This document shows, piece after piece, positions 18,059-27,239 of a stretch of DNA of 64,000 nt. Origin of the DNA: Anaerohalosphaeraceae bacterium (GTDB lineage: Bacteria > Planctomycetota > Phycisphaerae > Sedimentisphaerales > Anaerohalosphaeraceae). The stretch lies in NCBI GenBank assembly GCA_050309605.1, contig JBNRMN010000034.1, forward strand, positions 1-64,000. The letters are read 5' to 3'. The stretch's first letter is position 1, and each line of letters opens with the position of its first letter. The position numbers were made by a program, and so were the translations under genes. Under the pieces are notes generated by a model. The model was given only the letters and a program-made list of their open reading frames with translations, did no database searches and was not told the origin of the DNA.

Positions 18059-20746
18059 TTAAAAGAGCCGACGCAATCCTTCCTGGATGAGGCGGTCTCT
18101 TTGTTGCTCAAGCTGCTGTTGAAGCAGCCGTTCTGTGTCAATAGCGGGTTTTTGCACTGTGCCGCCAAGGGGGATTTCAATCCGGTTGGCTCCGGCGTCC
18201 GCCAGCCGAACCGGTCGAAAATTCATACTCAACGGCAGTTTGACATTCATCGACAGCGAGTTGTCCAGACCGAGCGACCCGCTGAAATTCAACGGATAGT
18301 CGCCCAGCTCAATCGCCATATCCCGATAACTGACACGTCCCTGCTGAACGAGAAAATCCGTCGGTCGTACTTGAAGCTGCACCGTCTGACGCAGATTGAT
18401 CAGCGCCATAATCTGTCCAAGGAAGTCGCCTGCCTGAAGGCGAACATCAGCAATGTTGACCGTACCGTCAATATCCAATTTGTCCGGATGGCCCGAAGAC
18501 AGGGGCAGGACGAGTTTGCGGCAGGTCAAATTGGCCAGGCCGCTGGTGCGCACCGCGCCGGCGAAAATCGGATTGACATAGGTCAGCAGTTGCGACGAAA
18601 TAATATCGTTGATTTGCACATTTTCCAGCAGGGCGGTCGGCTCGCTCAGACGCAGAAACATCGGCTCTTCGTTCAGATCAATCGTTCCGGCAAATCGCAG
18701 TTTGCCCTGATTAGCCGGTGTTTCGGGTATTGCCATGTTCACGACGCCCTGACGAATATCCATGGTCAGCTCAGTCGGCCCAACATTCAGCCCCGCATAT
18801 TCGGCCCGTTCAAAGCCGAATCCGCCTGTGCCGTTGAGGTTGGCTATTTTTTGTTCGGGGGCGTCCTGCGGCCATTGGGACGACAGCACAAGACGATCTT
18901 TGCGTTTACCCCGCACCTTCAGTCCTTCCGGCAGAAAAGGAGCCGCAAAGCCTGAGATGGCCTGCAAATCATATTCGGCCTCGATCTCCGCATTCATTGT
19001 ATTCGTTTGCTCATCGGTGGATTGTTCCACAGTGCCCTTGATGATTTTGATGAGGGTCTCGCCGGCGGCGCTTTGCATATCAAAGGCATTGATACCAATG
19101 GATTGGCGCGCCGGATTGAGCGTGATATCGGCCAGGAGGGACACCTGATCCTGCACAAACGGCTCGCTGCCTTCTTTGGCCACGTGCAGATTGCGGATGC
19201 CGGTCCGGTCGGTCTTGATGTGCAGCGTGTCGTCCAGTGTCTGCACCGAAAGGGTGGTATTCAGCAGTCCGGCCAGGGTAATATCAGCCGGGGCCTCGGC
19301 CAGGATCTGTGCATACGGCCAGGCTTTGGCCAAGTCCAGATCGGCCTTCGCCGTCAGAGAAATCGGCGGGGTCTCGGTGTGCCCCAACGGAATTGACGCA
19401 TTGGCAAGATGAATCGTGCCGGGCAAAGCCTCCAGCATTGCCGAGGCGATGGTCAACTGCTGCTGCGCGTTGTCCATCGTAAAATCATAATTCAGCGACA
19501 CATCCGTCGGCGGAGCGGCTGCGTCCTCTTTTCCGACCAGCAAGGTCTTGATCGTCCCTGAACCGGACGAGGCAACGGTGTTTTCGGCAATGTTGATGCG
19601 TCCGGACATATCCAGTTGACCGGCCATGGCGTAACCGCCCAGATCGGTGAACTGTTTCAGGAACGTCTGGGTTTGAGCCAAATCGGCCTTGACGGCGTAG
19701 TCCAGAGTCTCGGCATCGCCGCTGCCGGTTACCGTGCAAAACGGCGTCTTGACGTTCAGTGCGTCGATCTGCAGGGCGTTGTTTTTCAAGCCGCCCTTGG
19801 CCGAGAGGGTAACCGGCTCATCGAAAACCATTTTCTGGTCGCCGATGCCCTGTGAGAAATTCGCAATCGTTGCCTCGGCGGCCAGCGTCTCAAGGATGCC
19901 TTTTCGAATCTGCACCTGGGCCTCGGCGTTCAGGACGCCGCCGGTTTGTGCGTCAACGCCGGCCAGCGCCAGCAGGGGCGCCAGTGTGTCCAGATCCAGT
20001 TGCGAGATGGATACCTTAAACGTGCCGTCGGTGTCTTCCAGCGTCCAGCCCTTTTTCGGCGTCGTGACCTGGGCCTCGACCTTGACCGAACCGGCGGATT
20101 GACCATTGGCCACGTCCATTGTCGCATTCAGCCGTGACGTCTGCCCTGTGTCGTTAAGTGTTACCGTTGAAGCGATATTTTTGAAGGCAATGCGGCGGGT
20201 TTGAGCGTTGGCGCCCAACACTTCAATCACGGCGTCGCCTTTGAGCACTTCCAGATCAATCAGATGAACCGGAAGCACAAAAGGCGTGCCTTGGGAAGGG
20301 GCTGATGTTGTCGGGGCCTTCGCGGCGGGTTTGCGATCGGACTCGGCGGGCAGTTTCAGGTAGATTTGGGGGCTGTCGATGACGGTTTTGCCCATGTCCA
20401 CGCGCCCGCCAATCAGCGAGGTATATTTGGGGTGCGATTCGATGCGTCCGACCCTGACCTGCGCAGCGCCGTCGCTGCTTTCAAAACTGAGATTGGTCAG
20501 TTTAACGCCGCTGAACCACCCAACGGACAGGGCATCTATGCCCACCTGACCGTCAACGGCACGATTGATGCGGCTCAACAGAAATCGCCTTCCGCCGGCC
20601 GAGGACAGCGCCGTCGGTGCAGTGAGCACGGCAAGCAGCAGCAGGGCGACGATCCCCAGAAGTATCAGCACAGCGACTTTGAATCGACGGTGTTTTTTGG
20701 GCGGCGTCTGCGGTGCTGCATCCGCGGATGTTCTCTTTGATTCCAT
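18059..20746 (-). CDS. AsmA-like envelope protein
   Basis: N-terminal TM anchor, long amphipathic beta-strand-rich body and C-terminal 'IPLGGTVQKPAID' motif. Confidence 0.65.
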   Translation of the reverse strand: MESKRTSADAAPQTPPKKHRRFKVAVLILLGIVALLLLAVLTAPTALSSAGGRRFLLSRINRAVDGQVGIDALSVGWFSGVKLTNLSFESSDGAAQVRVGRIESHPKYTSLIGGRVDMGKTVIDSPQIYLKLPAESDRKPAAKAPTTSAPSQGTPFVLPVHLIDLEVLKGDAVIEVLGANAQTRRIAFKNIASTVTLNDTGQTSRLNATMDVANGQSAGSVKVEAQVTTPKKGWTLEDTDGTFKVSISQLDLDTLAPLLALAGVDAQTGGVLNAEAQVQIRKGILETLAAEATIANFSQGIGDQKMVFDEPVTLSAKGGLKNNALQIDALNVKTPFCTVTGSGDAETLDYAVKADLAQTQTFLKQFTDLGGYAMAGQLDMSGRINIAENTVASSGSGTIKTLLVGKEDAAAPPTDVSLNYDFTMDNAQQQLTIASAMLEALPGTIHLANASIPLGHTETPPISLTAKADLDLAKAWPYAQILAEAPADITLAGLLNTTLSVQTLDDTLHIKTDRTGIRNLHVAKEGSEPFVQDQVSLLADITLNPARQSIGINAFDMQSAAGETLIKIIKGTVEQSTDEQTNTMNAEIEAEYDLQAISGFAAPFLPEGLKVRGKRKDRLVLSSQWPQDAPEQKIANLNGTGGFGFERAEYAGLNVGPTELTMDIRQGVVNMAIPETPANQGKLRFAGTIDLNEEPMFLRLSEPTALLENVQINDIISSQLLTYVNPIFAGAVRTSGLANLTCRKLVLPLSSGHPDKLDIDGTVNIADVRLQAGDFLGQIMALINLRQTVQLQVRPTDFLVQQGRVSYRDMAIELGDYPLNFSGSLGLDNSLSMNVKLPLSMNFRPVRLADAGANRIEIPLGGTVQKPAIDTERLLQQQLEQQRDRLIQEGLRRLF

Positions 20747-20912
20747 AAAAACCCCTCATCTTGCATCTGAAGTGCCCCCCACGATTTAAGCACAACATGT
20801 CGTCGTTACATCTGACCGTTTGAGATTTCCCAAACCTGCTTGTCCGCCTCCATCCGGCGCTGACCGGCACCGGCATGGTGTTGTCTGCCTCTGTTATCGT
20901 CAATGTTGATGG

Positions 20913-21473
20913 TTAAATTGACATAATTTCATCGGCTTTTTGCTTGATGACCTCATCGATGGCATCGACATGCTTTTTGGTGATTTTTTCGATCTCTTCT
21001 TTTCCCTTATCCCGTTCGTCTTCGCTGATGAGCTTGGATTTCTCGGCGTCTTCAAGCTGTTTGATGGCGTCGCGCCGGATATTGCGGATGCTGATTTTGG
21101 TCTTTTCGCCCATTTGTTTGACCTGCTGAGCGACTTGCTTGCGGCGTTCTTCGCTCATCGGCGGCAGGTTCAGCCGAATCATCTTGCCGTCCACGATGGG
21201 CGCCAGACTCAGTTCACTGTTTTTGATGGCCTTTTCGATGTCTTTCAGGCAGCCGATATCAAAGGGCTTAATCAGCAGCGACTGCGGCTCCGGTGCGGCA
21301 ATGGTCGCCAGGGATTTCAGCGGCGTCGGCGAACCGTAATAATCCACCGTCAGATGCTCCACCAGTCCGGGCGCCGCCCGTCCGGTGCGAACAGATTTCA
21401 GTTCATTTCGCAGAAACTCAACGGCTTTGTCCATATTCTTTGAATGTTCATCCACTATTTTTCGCGTCGGCAT
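20913..21473 (-). CDS. frr: Ribosome recycling factor
   Basis: RTGRA, YYGSPTPL, PPMSEERR and IRNIRRDA; canonical position after pyrH. Confidence 0.97.
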   Translation of the reverse strand: MPTRKIVDEHSKNMDKAVEFLRNELKSVRTGRAAPGLVEHLTVDYYGSPTPLKSLATIAAPEPQSLLIKPFDIGCLKDIEKAIKNSELSLAPIVDGKMIRLNLPPMSEERRKQVAQQVKQMGEKTKISIRNIRRDAIKQLEDAEKSKLISEDERDKGKEEIEKITKKHVDAIDEVIKQKADEIMSI

Positions 21474-21496
21474 AGTTTGTGTTCTCCAGAAGACTA

Positions 21497-22216
21497 TCAA
21501 TCACTGATTACCGTTCCCACGTGTTCGCCCTGCAGGGCACGGGTGATGTTTCCGTCTTTGAATATATTGAGCACCACTATCGGGATATGATTTTCCCGAC
21601 ACAAACTCACCGCCGCCGGATCCATCACCTTGAGGTTCTGGCTGAGTACGTCCTGATAACTGATGTATTCGATGAGTTTGGCGTCGGGATTTTTAACGGG
21701 GTCGTCGGTAAAGACGCCGTCCACTTTGGTTGCTTTGATCATCAGCTCAGCGCCGATCTCCGCGGCCCGCAGCGCCGCACAGGTATCGGTCGAAAAGAAC
21801 GGATTGCCCGTGCCGCCGGCCAGAATCGTGATGCGCCCCTTTTCCAGATGTCGAATCGCGCGTCGGCGGAGGAACGGTTCGCAGATTGCCGAGACCTCGA
21901 TCGCACTGAGCACGCGTGTCGGCTGGCCGAGTTTTTCAAGCGTTTCCTGCAGTGCGCAGGCGTTCATCACCGTGGCCAGCATTCCCATATAATCGGCGGT
22001 GGTGCGGGGGATATGGCTGTTTTGAGAAAAGGCAGCGCCCCGCAGAAAATTGCCGCCGCCGACGACAATCGCCACCTGAGGTCCCCGTTTGGCCAGCCGG
22101 ACAATCCGCTCGGCGATGGACTCAATGGCATCGCCTTCGATGCCGAATCCGCCGGGGCGGCAGAAACTTTCGCCCGATAACTTTAATATAATACGCTGAT
22201 ATTTGATATTTGACAT
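21497..22216 (-). CDS. pyrH: UMP kinase
   Basis: LKLSGE, GGGNFLRG, DYMGMLATVMN and GTGNPFFSTD. Confidence 0.97.
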   Translation of the reverse strand: MSNIKYQRIILKLSGESFCRPGGFGIEGDAIESIAERIVRLAKRGPQVAIVVGGGNFLRGAAFSQNSHIPRTTADYMGMLATVMNACALQETLEKLGQPTRVLSAIEVSAICEPFLRRRAIRHLEKGRITILAGGTGNPFFSTDTCAALRAAEIGAELMIKATKVDGVFTDDPVKNPDAKLIEYISYQDVLSQNLKVMDPAAVSLCRENHIPIVVLNIFKDGNITRALQGEHVGTVISD

Positions 22217-22311
22217 AATCCGTATCTTTTATGTCTCGGTCTTATTCGCCGCATCCATGAACACACACGCATCAATGTGTTTACATTCAAATTGAAATGC
22301 GCGGTGTTTTC

Positions 22312-22350
22312 AAAAAAAAGGCACCGAAAACCGCCGCTTCCGATGCCTTT
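22312..22350 (-). terminator. Intrinsic terminator after tsf
   Basis: Minus-strand hairpin AGGCATCGGAAGC..GGTTTTCGGTGCCT followed by a T-run. Confidence 0.75.
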
Positions 22351-22365
22351 TATTATATCCCGGCG

Positions 22366-23226
22366 TTAGCCGATTTCAACTCTGACGAATCGTTTTATTT
22401 TGGCCTGTCCGCCGGCGTCCTTGGCCGCATTGGCCAGCGCCTGGCCGACCGTAACGCTGTCGTCCTTGACAAACGGCTGCTCCAGCAGGCAATTCTCTTT
22501 GAGAAATTTGCCGATTTTGCCCTCGACAATTTTGTCGATAATGTTGGCCGGTTTATCTTTGACCTGCTCGGCGGCGATGGCGCGTTCTTTATCCAGCACC
22601 GCCGGATCAATCCCGTCTTTGTCCAGCCCCAGCGGATTGATGGCGGTAATGTGCATCGCGATTTCATCGGCAGTCTGTTGGACGGCTTGGGCGACGGCGT
22701 CGCCGTCGGTTTCGACCTCCAGCAATGCACCGACCTTGCCGTTGAAGTGCACATAGCTGCCGAATGTGCCGCTGCCATTGAGCACGTAGCGGAAATAATC
22801 GCCGACTTCCACTTTTTCGCCGGTTTTGCTGATGGTATCGGTCAGCACATCGGCAAACCTGCGTCCATTGACCTGTGTTTCGAGCAGGCTCTCGGCGCCG
22901 CTGTCAGCGGTTGCCTTGAAGCCGCATTCAGCCAATAACTCCGCAGCCGCGATGAAATCCTCGCTTTTGGCAACAAAATCAGTTTCGCTGCACAACGAAG
23001 CGATCACGGCCGTCTTGCCGTCGTCGCTGATTTGACAGACCACCCGTCCCTCGGTGGTATCGCGTCCGGCGCGTTTGGCCAGCGTGGCCAGGCCTTTCTT
23101 GCGAAGCAGTTCCATCGCTTTGTCCAAATCGCCGCCTGTTTCGGTCAGGGCCTTCTTGCAGTCCATCATTCCCTGTCCGCTCATCTTGCGTAATTTTGCT
23201 ACCGTTGTTGCTGTAATTTCCGCCAT
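22366..23226 (-). CDS. tsf: Elongation factor Ts
   Basis: LRKMSGQGMMDCKKAL, SETDFVAK and LLEQPFVKD. Confidence 0.97.
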   Translation of the reverse strand: MAEITATTVAKLRKMSGQGMMDCKKALTETGGDLDKAMELLRKKGLATLAKRAGRDTTEGRVVCQISDDGKTAVIASLCSETDFVAKSEDFIAAAELLAECGFKATADSGAESLLETQVNGRRFADVLTDTISKTGEKVEVGDYFRYVLNGSGTFGSYVHFNGKVGALLEVETDGDAVAQAVQQTADEIAMHITAINPLGLDKDGIDPAVLDKERAIAAEQVKDKPANIIDKIVEGKIGKFLKENCLLEQPFVKDDSVTVGQALANAAKDAGGQAKIKRFVRVEIG

Positions 23227-23284
23227 GGGTCTTTACTCCCGATGATCAAAATAAACGTTTCGTTTTTGTATGTCCGATAGTAAA

Positions 23285-23354
23285 CGAAGTCTCTTTGCCG
23301 GTTTAGCCGTCGTTGTACAGCGACCGCCGAACTCTACCCCGCAAAGAGACTTCG
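23285..23354 (-). other. Long stem-loop in the rpsB-tsf intergenic region
   Basis: Perfect 14-bp inverted repeat CGAAGTCTCTTTGC/GCAAAGAGACTTCG enclosing a second stem (GTCGTT-GTAC-AGCGAC). Confidence 0.8.
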
Positions 23355-23384
23355 CAAAAATATGCCAAACAAGAAATATCCGGA

Positions 23385-24266
23385 TTACTGGGCTGTGCTT
23401 TCGGCCTGAGCCGGCTGTGAGGCTTCGTTTGCCGCCTCGTCATCGCTGCCGGTGTTGCTGTCGGCGTGCGATTCATCGTCGGAATCCTCATCCACGACAG
23501 TCTGGCCTTCAGCCGTGGCCAGGACGCGGCGGCGCGATCGGGTGCGCACCGGACGGGCGGCCGCAAATGTGTCTTCGGGTTTGGTCATCGTCTTTCCCTC
23601 GGCCGCCGAGGTCGCCAGTTCATCCAGCAAAATCTCAATCGCCTTGATCGAATCGTCATTGGCCGGAATCGCCACATCCACCGTATCCGGATCCGAATCG
23701 GTATCAATAATCGCCACGGTCGAAACCCCCAGCTTGCGGGCTTCACGCAGGGCAATATATTCCTTTTTGGCGTCAACGACGACGACCACCCCCGGCAACC
23801 GGTTCATTCGACGAATGCCGTCCAGATTGGTGCGAATTTTGTTCAATTCGCGTTTGAGGCGGGCGCCTTGTTTTTTGCTTTCGTTTTCAAGCTGCCCGCT
23901 GTGCTCCATTTCTTCAAGCTCTTCCAGTCGGGCCAGTCGGGTCCGGATCGTCCTGAAGTTGGTCAGCGTGCCGCCCAGCCAGCGTTCAGAGATATAATGC
24001 ATACCGCATTTTTCAGCCGCCTGACGAACCGCTTTTTGGGCCTGACGTTTGGTCCCGACAAAAACGACATCTTTTCCCGAGGAAACCACGGTGGCAAGGA
24101 GCTTTTTGGCAATCAGCAGCCCCTTTAAGGTTTCCTTGACATTGATAATGTGGATCATACCGCGTTTGCCGAAAATGTATGGTTCCATCTTCGGATTCCA
24201 GCGGCTGGCCGCATGGCCAAAATGTACGCCCGCGCCGATTAATTCGCGAGCAAGTTCCTTATTCAC
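23385..24266 (-). CDS. rpsB: 30S ribosomal protein S2
   Basis: AGVHFGH, WNPKM, FVGTKRQA, RWLGGTLTN and IPANDD; GTG start with a GGAGG RBS. Confidence 0.97.
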   Translation of the reverse strand: MNKELARELIGAGVHFGHAASRWNPKMEPYIFGKRGMIHIINVKETLKGLLIAKKLLATVVSSGKDVVFVGTKRQAQKAVRQAAEKCGMHYISERWLGGTLTNFRTIRTRLARLEELEEMEHSGQLENESKKQGARLKRELNKIRTNLDGIRRMNRLPGVVVVVDAKKEYIALREARKLGVSTVAIIDTDSDPDTVDVAIPANDDSIKAIEILLDELATSAAEGKTMTKPEDTFAAARPVRTRSRRRVLATAEGQTVVDEDSDDESHADSNTGSDDEAANEASQPAQAESTAQ

Positions 24267-24350
24267 AGAAACTTACCTCCATTTAACTGAACTCAATTCC
24301 CATTTGTGATAGACGCTCTCTGTCCGACCCACGCAGTCGGAAAGAGTGCA

Positions 24351-24379
24351 CCTTACCGAAGATGTGAAATAATGTCAAG
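24351..24379 (-). promoter_or_regulatory. Sigma70-type promoter of rpsB-tsf
   Basis: Minus strand TTGACA-N17-TAAGGT. Confidence 0.6.
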
Positions 24380-24473
24380 AATGAACCGGTGAAAAAACTA
24401 TTAAAATCGACATATTTTTGCAGGACTTGTGAAAGCACATCCCTATTTACGGTCAAAGTATTGCTTTAATATG

Positions 24474-25613
24474 TTATTTTTGGTTTTCACGAATTCCGCT
24501 TTGTTCCCATTGGGCGATGGTATTGAGCCGGCGTATAATATCCAGATGCTGGGTGCAGGCCGTTTCGCAGCGGCCGCAGGCGATGCAGTCTCCGGCCGGC
24601 GGTGCGCCCACGAGCATTCCGTATTGTTTCTGAATGCCGAGTGTGTTGACCATTTCGCCGTCGTTTTTGCCCGTCAGCAACTTATCGTTGTAGTACTGCA
24701 TATAACCGGCTACAGGAATCCCGACCGGACACAGCCCCATACAGTATCCGCAGCCGGTACACAGCGAATCCATGGTCCCCGAAAGACGGCTGTGAATGCG
24801 TTTGATATGTTCATCGGTGAGCGGATCGGCCTGTTCGGCGACACGGCAGGCGACGTCAATATGCTCGCGAGTTGAAAAGCCGACCAGGGTAACGGAAATG
24901 TGCGGACAACCGATGCAAAAGCGCAGCGCCGCTTCAGTGGGTGTTTCGCCGCTGTCGGCCAGAAATGACAGCGTCTGTTCATTTTGCGGAATGATGCCGC
25001 CGGCCAGCGGATTCATCGCCACCACGCCCAGACCTTGCCGGTGCGCGGCCGTGACGCCGTCCCAGCGATAGAGAAAATTGAGGAGGTTGACGCCCAGCAG
25101 CACGCCGTCGAATTCATTGTTCGACAGCAGCGTCTGTACGTCAGGCCCGCGCAGATGCGTCGAAACGACGATATGGCGTATCAAGCCGTCTTCTTTGCAG
25201 CGGAGCAATCCTTCATATTGGCCGCCCGGACGCATCGCTGATTCATATTCATCCAGCCGACGAATGCACCAGACGTAATAAAAATCAAGATAGTCGGTGT
25301 TGAGACGACGCAGAGACTTTTCCACCGCGGCGCGGGCTTTCCCGGCTGTGTCGCAGGCTTCGGGCATTCCCTTGCTGGATAGATAGACATCGCTTCGCCG
25401 AGGGCCTAAGTGCCGCAGGGTGCGGCCGAAAATGGCTTCGCTGCGGTCGTCGCAGTAACTCGGCGCGGTGTCCAGCCAGTTGATGCCCTGGTCCACGGCA
25501 TACAGGACCAGATCGGCGTTTTCTGCATCGCTTTGCGTTGTATCAAATCGCATTCCGCCAAAGCCCACGGCACTGACGTCATAACCAAGATGTCCAAAGG
25601 GTTTATTGATCAT
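24474..25613 (-). CDS. Aldo/keto reductase with a C-terminal 4Fe-4S dicluster domain
   Basis: GFGGMRF, DTAPSY, SLRRLNTDYLD and MNPLAGG; CTGCGYCM..CP and CIACGRCE..C. Confidence 0.9.
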   Translation of the reverse strand: MINKPFGHLGYDVSAVGFGGMRFDTTQSDAENADLVLYAVDQGINWLDTAPSYCDDRSEAIFGRTLRHLGPRRSDVYLSSKGMPEACDTAGKARAAVEKSLRRLNTDYLDFYYVWCIRRLDEYESAMRPGGQYEGLLRCKEDGLIRHIVVSTHLRGPDVQTLLSNNEFDGVLLGVNLLNFLYRWDGVTAAHRQGLGVVAMNPLAGGIIPQNEQTLSFLADSGETPTEAALRFCIGCPHISVTLVGFSTREHIDVACRVAEQADPLTDEHIKRIHSRLSGTMDSLCTGCGYCMGLCPVGIPVAGYMQYYNDKLLTGKNDGEMVNTLGIQKQYGMLVGAPPAGDCIACGRCETACTQHLDIIRRLNTIAQWEQSGIRENQK

Positions 25614-25732
25614 CGGTATTTCTCCTGAGTCTTCATAGGGGTATTATAAGCAAAATCGCTTGACAGTACAAGGGCCAAGCAATGGGGCGGATTGTTCGGG
25701 GGAAATTGGCACACCTGACGCGCGGATGTTGT

Positions 25733-25835
25733 TTTTGATTTGGAAACAATCGAAACCAATCGAACACAAATGCAATGCTTTCTGTGCCGTCAAGGGTTTG
25801 ACTTCTTGCTAAAGCCACGCTTCTCTGGCATAATA
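25733..25835 (+). promoter_or_regulatory. Direct-repeat operator-like site plus sigma70 promoter upstream of the PHP-dehydrogenase operon
   Basis: TTTTGATT..CAATCGAAAC-CAATCGAACA (10-bp period), then TTGCTA-N17-CATAAT. A divergent TTGTAC-N17-TATAAT promoter serves the aldo/keto reductase. Confidence 0.45.
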
Positions 25836-25885
25836 CCGATTTACCGCAAGACTTATGAACGATCTGAAAGAATCGGAGGTGTCAG

Positions 25886-27208
25886 TTGCCCGAACAGCTT
25901 GAAAAACAACTGGACAGTTTTAATCCCGCCGAGCGGAAGACGGCCCTGAAACAGATTATTGCTGAATTGTCGGAAAAACGCATCAAGGTCAATCCGGCCG
26001 GACGGTTCGTTAATCTGCATGCGCACACCTTTTTCTCATTCAATTGCTACGGATACTCGCCGACCCATTTCGCGTGGCTGGCCAAAAAGGAAGGTTTGGC
26101 GGCGGCGGGGATCGTGGATTTCGATGTTCTGGATGGAGTAGATGAATTTTTGGATGCTGCTGATGCACTTAATCTGCGGGCCTGCGCCAGCATTGAGACG
26201 CGGGTGTTTGTGCCGGAATTTGCCGAGTCGGTGATCAATTCTCCGGGCGAGCCGGGTATCGCCTATCATATGGGCGCCGGGATGCCCTCGAGTGCGGTAT
26301 CCGGTCAAGGCAAGGCCTTTCTGGACGAGCTTAAACTAACCGCCCAGCGCCGGAATCGCGAGATGATGGAACGGGTCAACGACTATCTCGATCCGGTTAG
26401 GCTGGATTACGAAGACGATGTCCTGCCGCTGACGCCGGCCGGCAATCCCACTGAACGGCATTTGTGTCTGGCCTACGCCCGCAAGGCGCGGGCGGTGTGC
26501 AACGGCGATATGGCCCTGATGGGCTATTGGAAAGATAAACTCGGCCAGTCTTTTGAGCCGAAAGATTTTCCCGAAAGCCCTGTTTTGCTTAATGCCATTC
26601 GTGCCAAGACGATGAAAAAAGGCGGCCCCGGCTACGTGGCGCCAGATGCGGGGGCGTTTCCGACGATGCAGCAGATGAACGAGTTTGTTCTGGCCGCCGG
26701 CGGCATCCCGGCACTGGCCTGGCTGGACGGCACGACCGAAGGTGAACAGCAGATCGAACGGCTCCTGAATGTTGCGATGGACAGGGGCACGGCGGCTTTG
26801 AACATTATCCCCGACCGCAATTTTAAGCCCGGAGTTGAGGACGAGAAGCTGGCCAACCTGCGGCAGGTCGTCGAACTGGCCGAATCGCGAGGGTTGCCGA
26901 TTCTCGTCGGTACCGAGATGAACAGCTTCGGACAGAAATTCCGCGATGTCTTTGAAAGCGACGAATTAAAGCCGATGGTACCGATCTTTCTGAAAGGAGC
27001 TTCTATTTTGTATGCCCATTCCGTTTTGCAGCGCATCGCAGGGATGGGCTACCTCAGCGGCTGGGCGCGAAAGTGTTTTTGTGAGGTCGAAGACAAAAAC
27101 AGCTTTTTTGAACGCTTCGGCAAATCCGTCGAGCCGCGGCAGATCGCCTCGCTGCAAATAGATCAAACACTGTCTCCGGATGACATCATCAAAATAATCC
27201 CTCAATAA
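25886..27208 (+). CDS. PHP (polymerase/histidinol phosphatase)-like metallo-phosphoesterase
   Basis: NLHAHTFFS, GIVDFD, SIETR and YHMG motifs; TTG start after GGAGG. Confidence 0.75.
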   Translation: MPEQLEKQLDSFNPAERKTALKQIIAELSEKRIKVNPAGRFVNLHAHTFFSFNCYGYSPTHFAWLAKKEGLAAAGIVDFDVLDGVDEFLDAADALNLRACASIETRVFVPEFAESVINSPGEPGIAYHMGAGMPSSAVSGQGKAFLDELKLTAQRRNREMMERVNDYLDPVRLDYEDDVLPLTPAGNPTERHLCLAYARKARAVCNGDMALMGYWKDKLGQSFEPKDFPESPVLLNAIRAKTMKKGGPGYVAPDAGAFPTMQQMNEFVLAAGGIPALAWLDGTTEGEQQIERLLNVAMDRGTAALNIIPDRNFKPGVEDEKLANLRQVVELAESRGLPILVGTEMNSFGQKFRDVFESDELKPMVPIFLKGASILYAHSVLQRIAGMGYLSGWARKCFCEVEDKNSFFERFGKSVEPRQIASLQIDQTLSPDDIIKIIPQ

Positions 27209-27239
27209 ACAAACAAACAAAAGAAATGCGAGTCAACTG

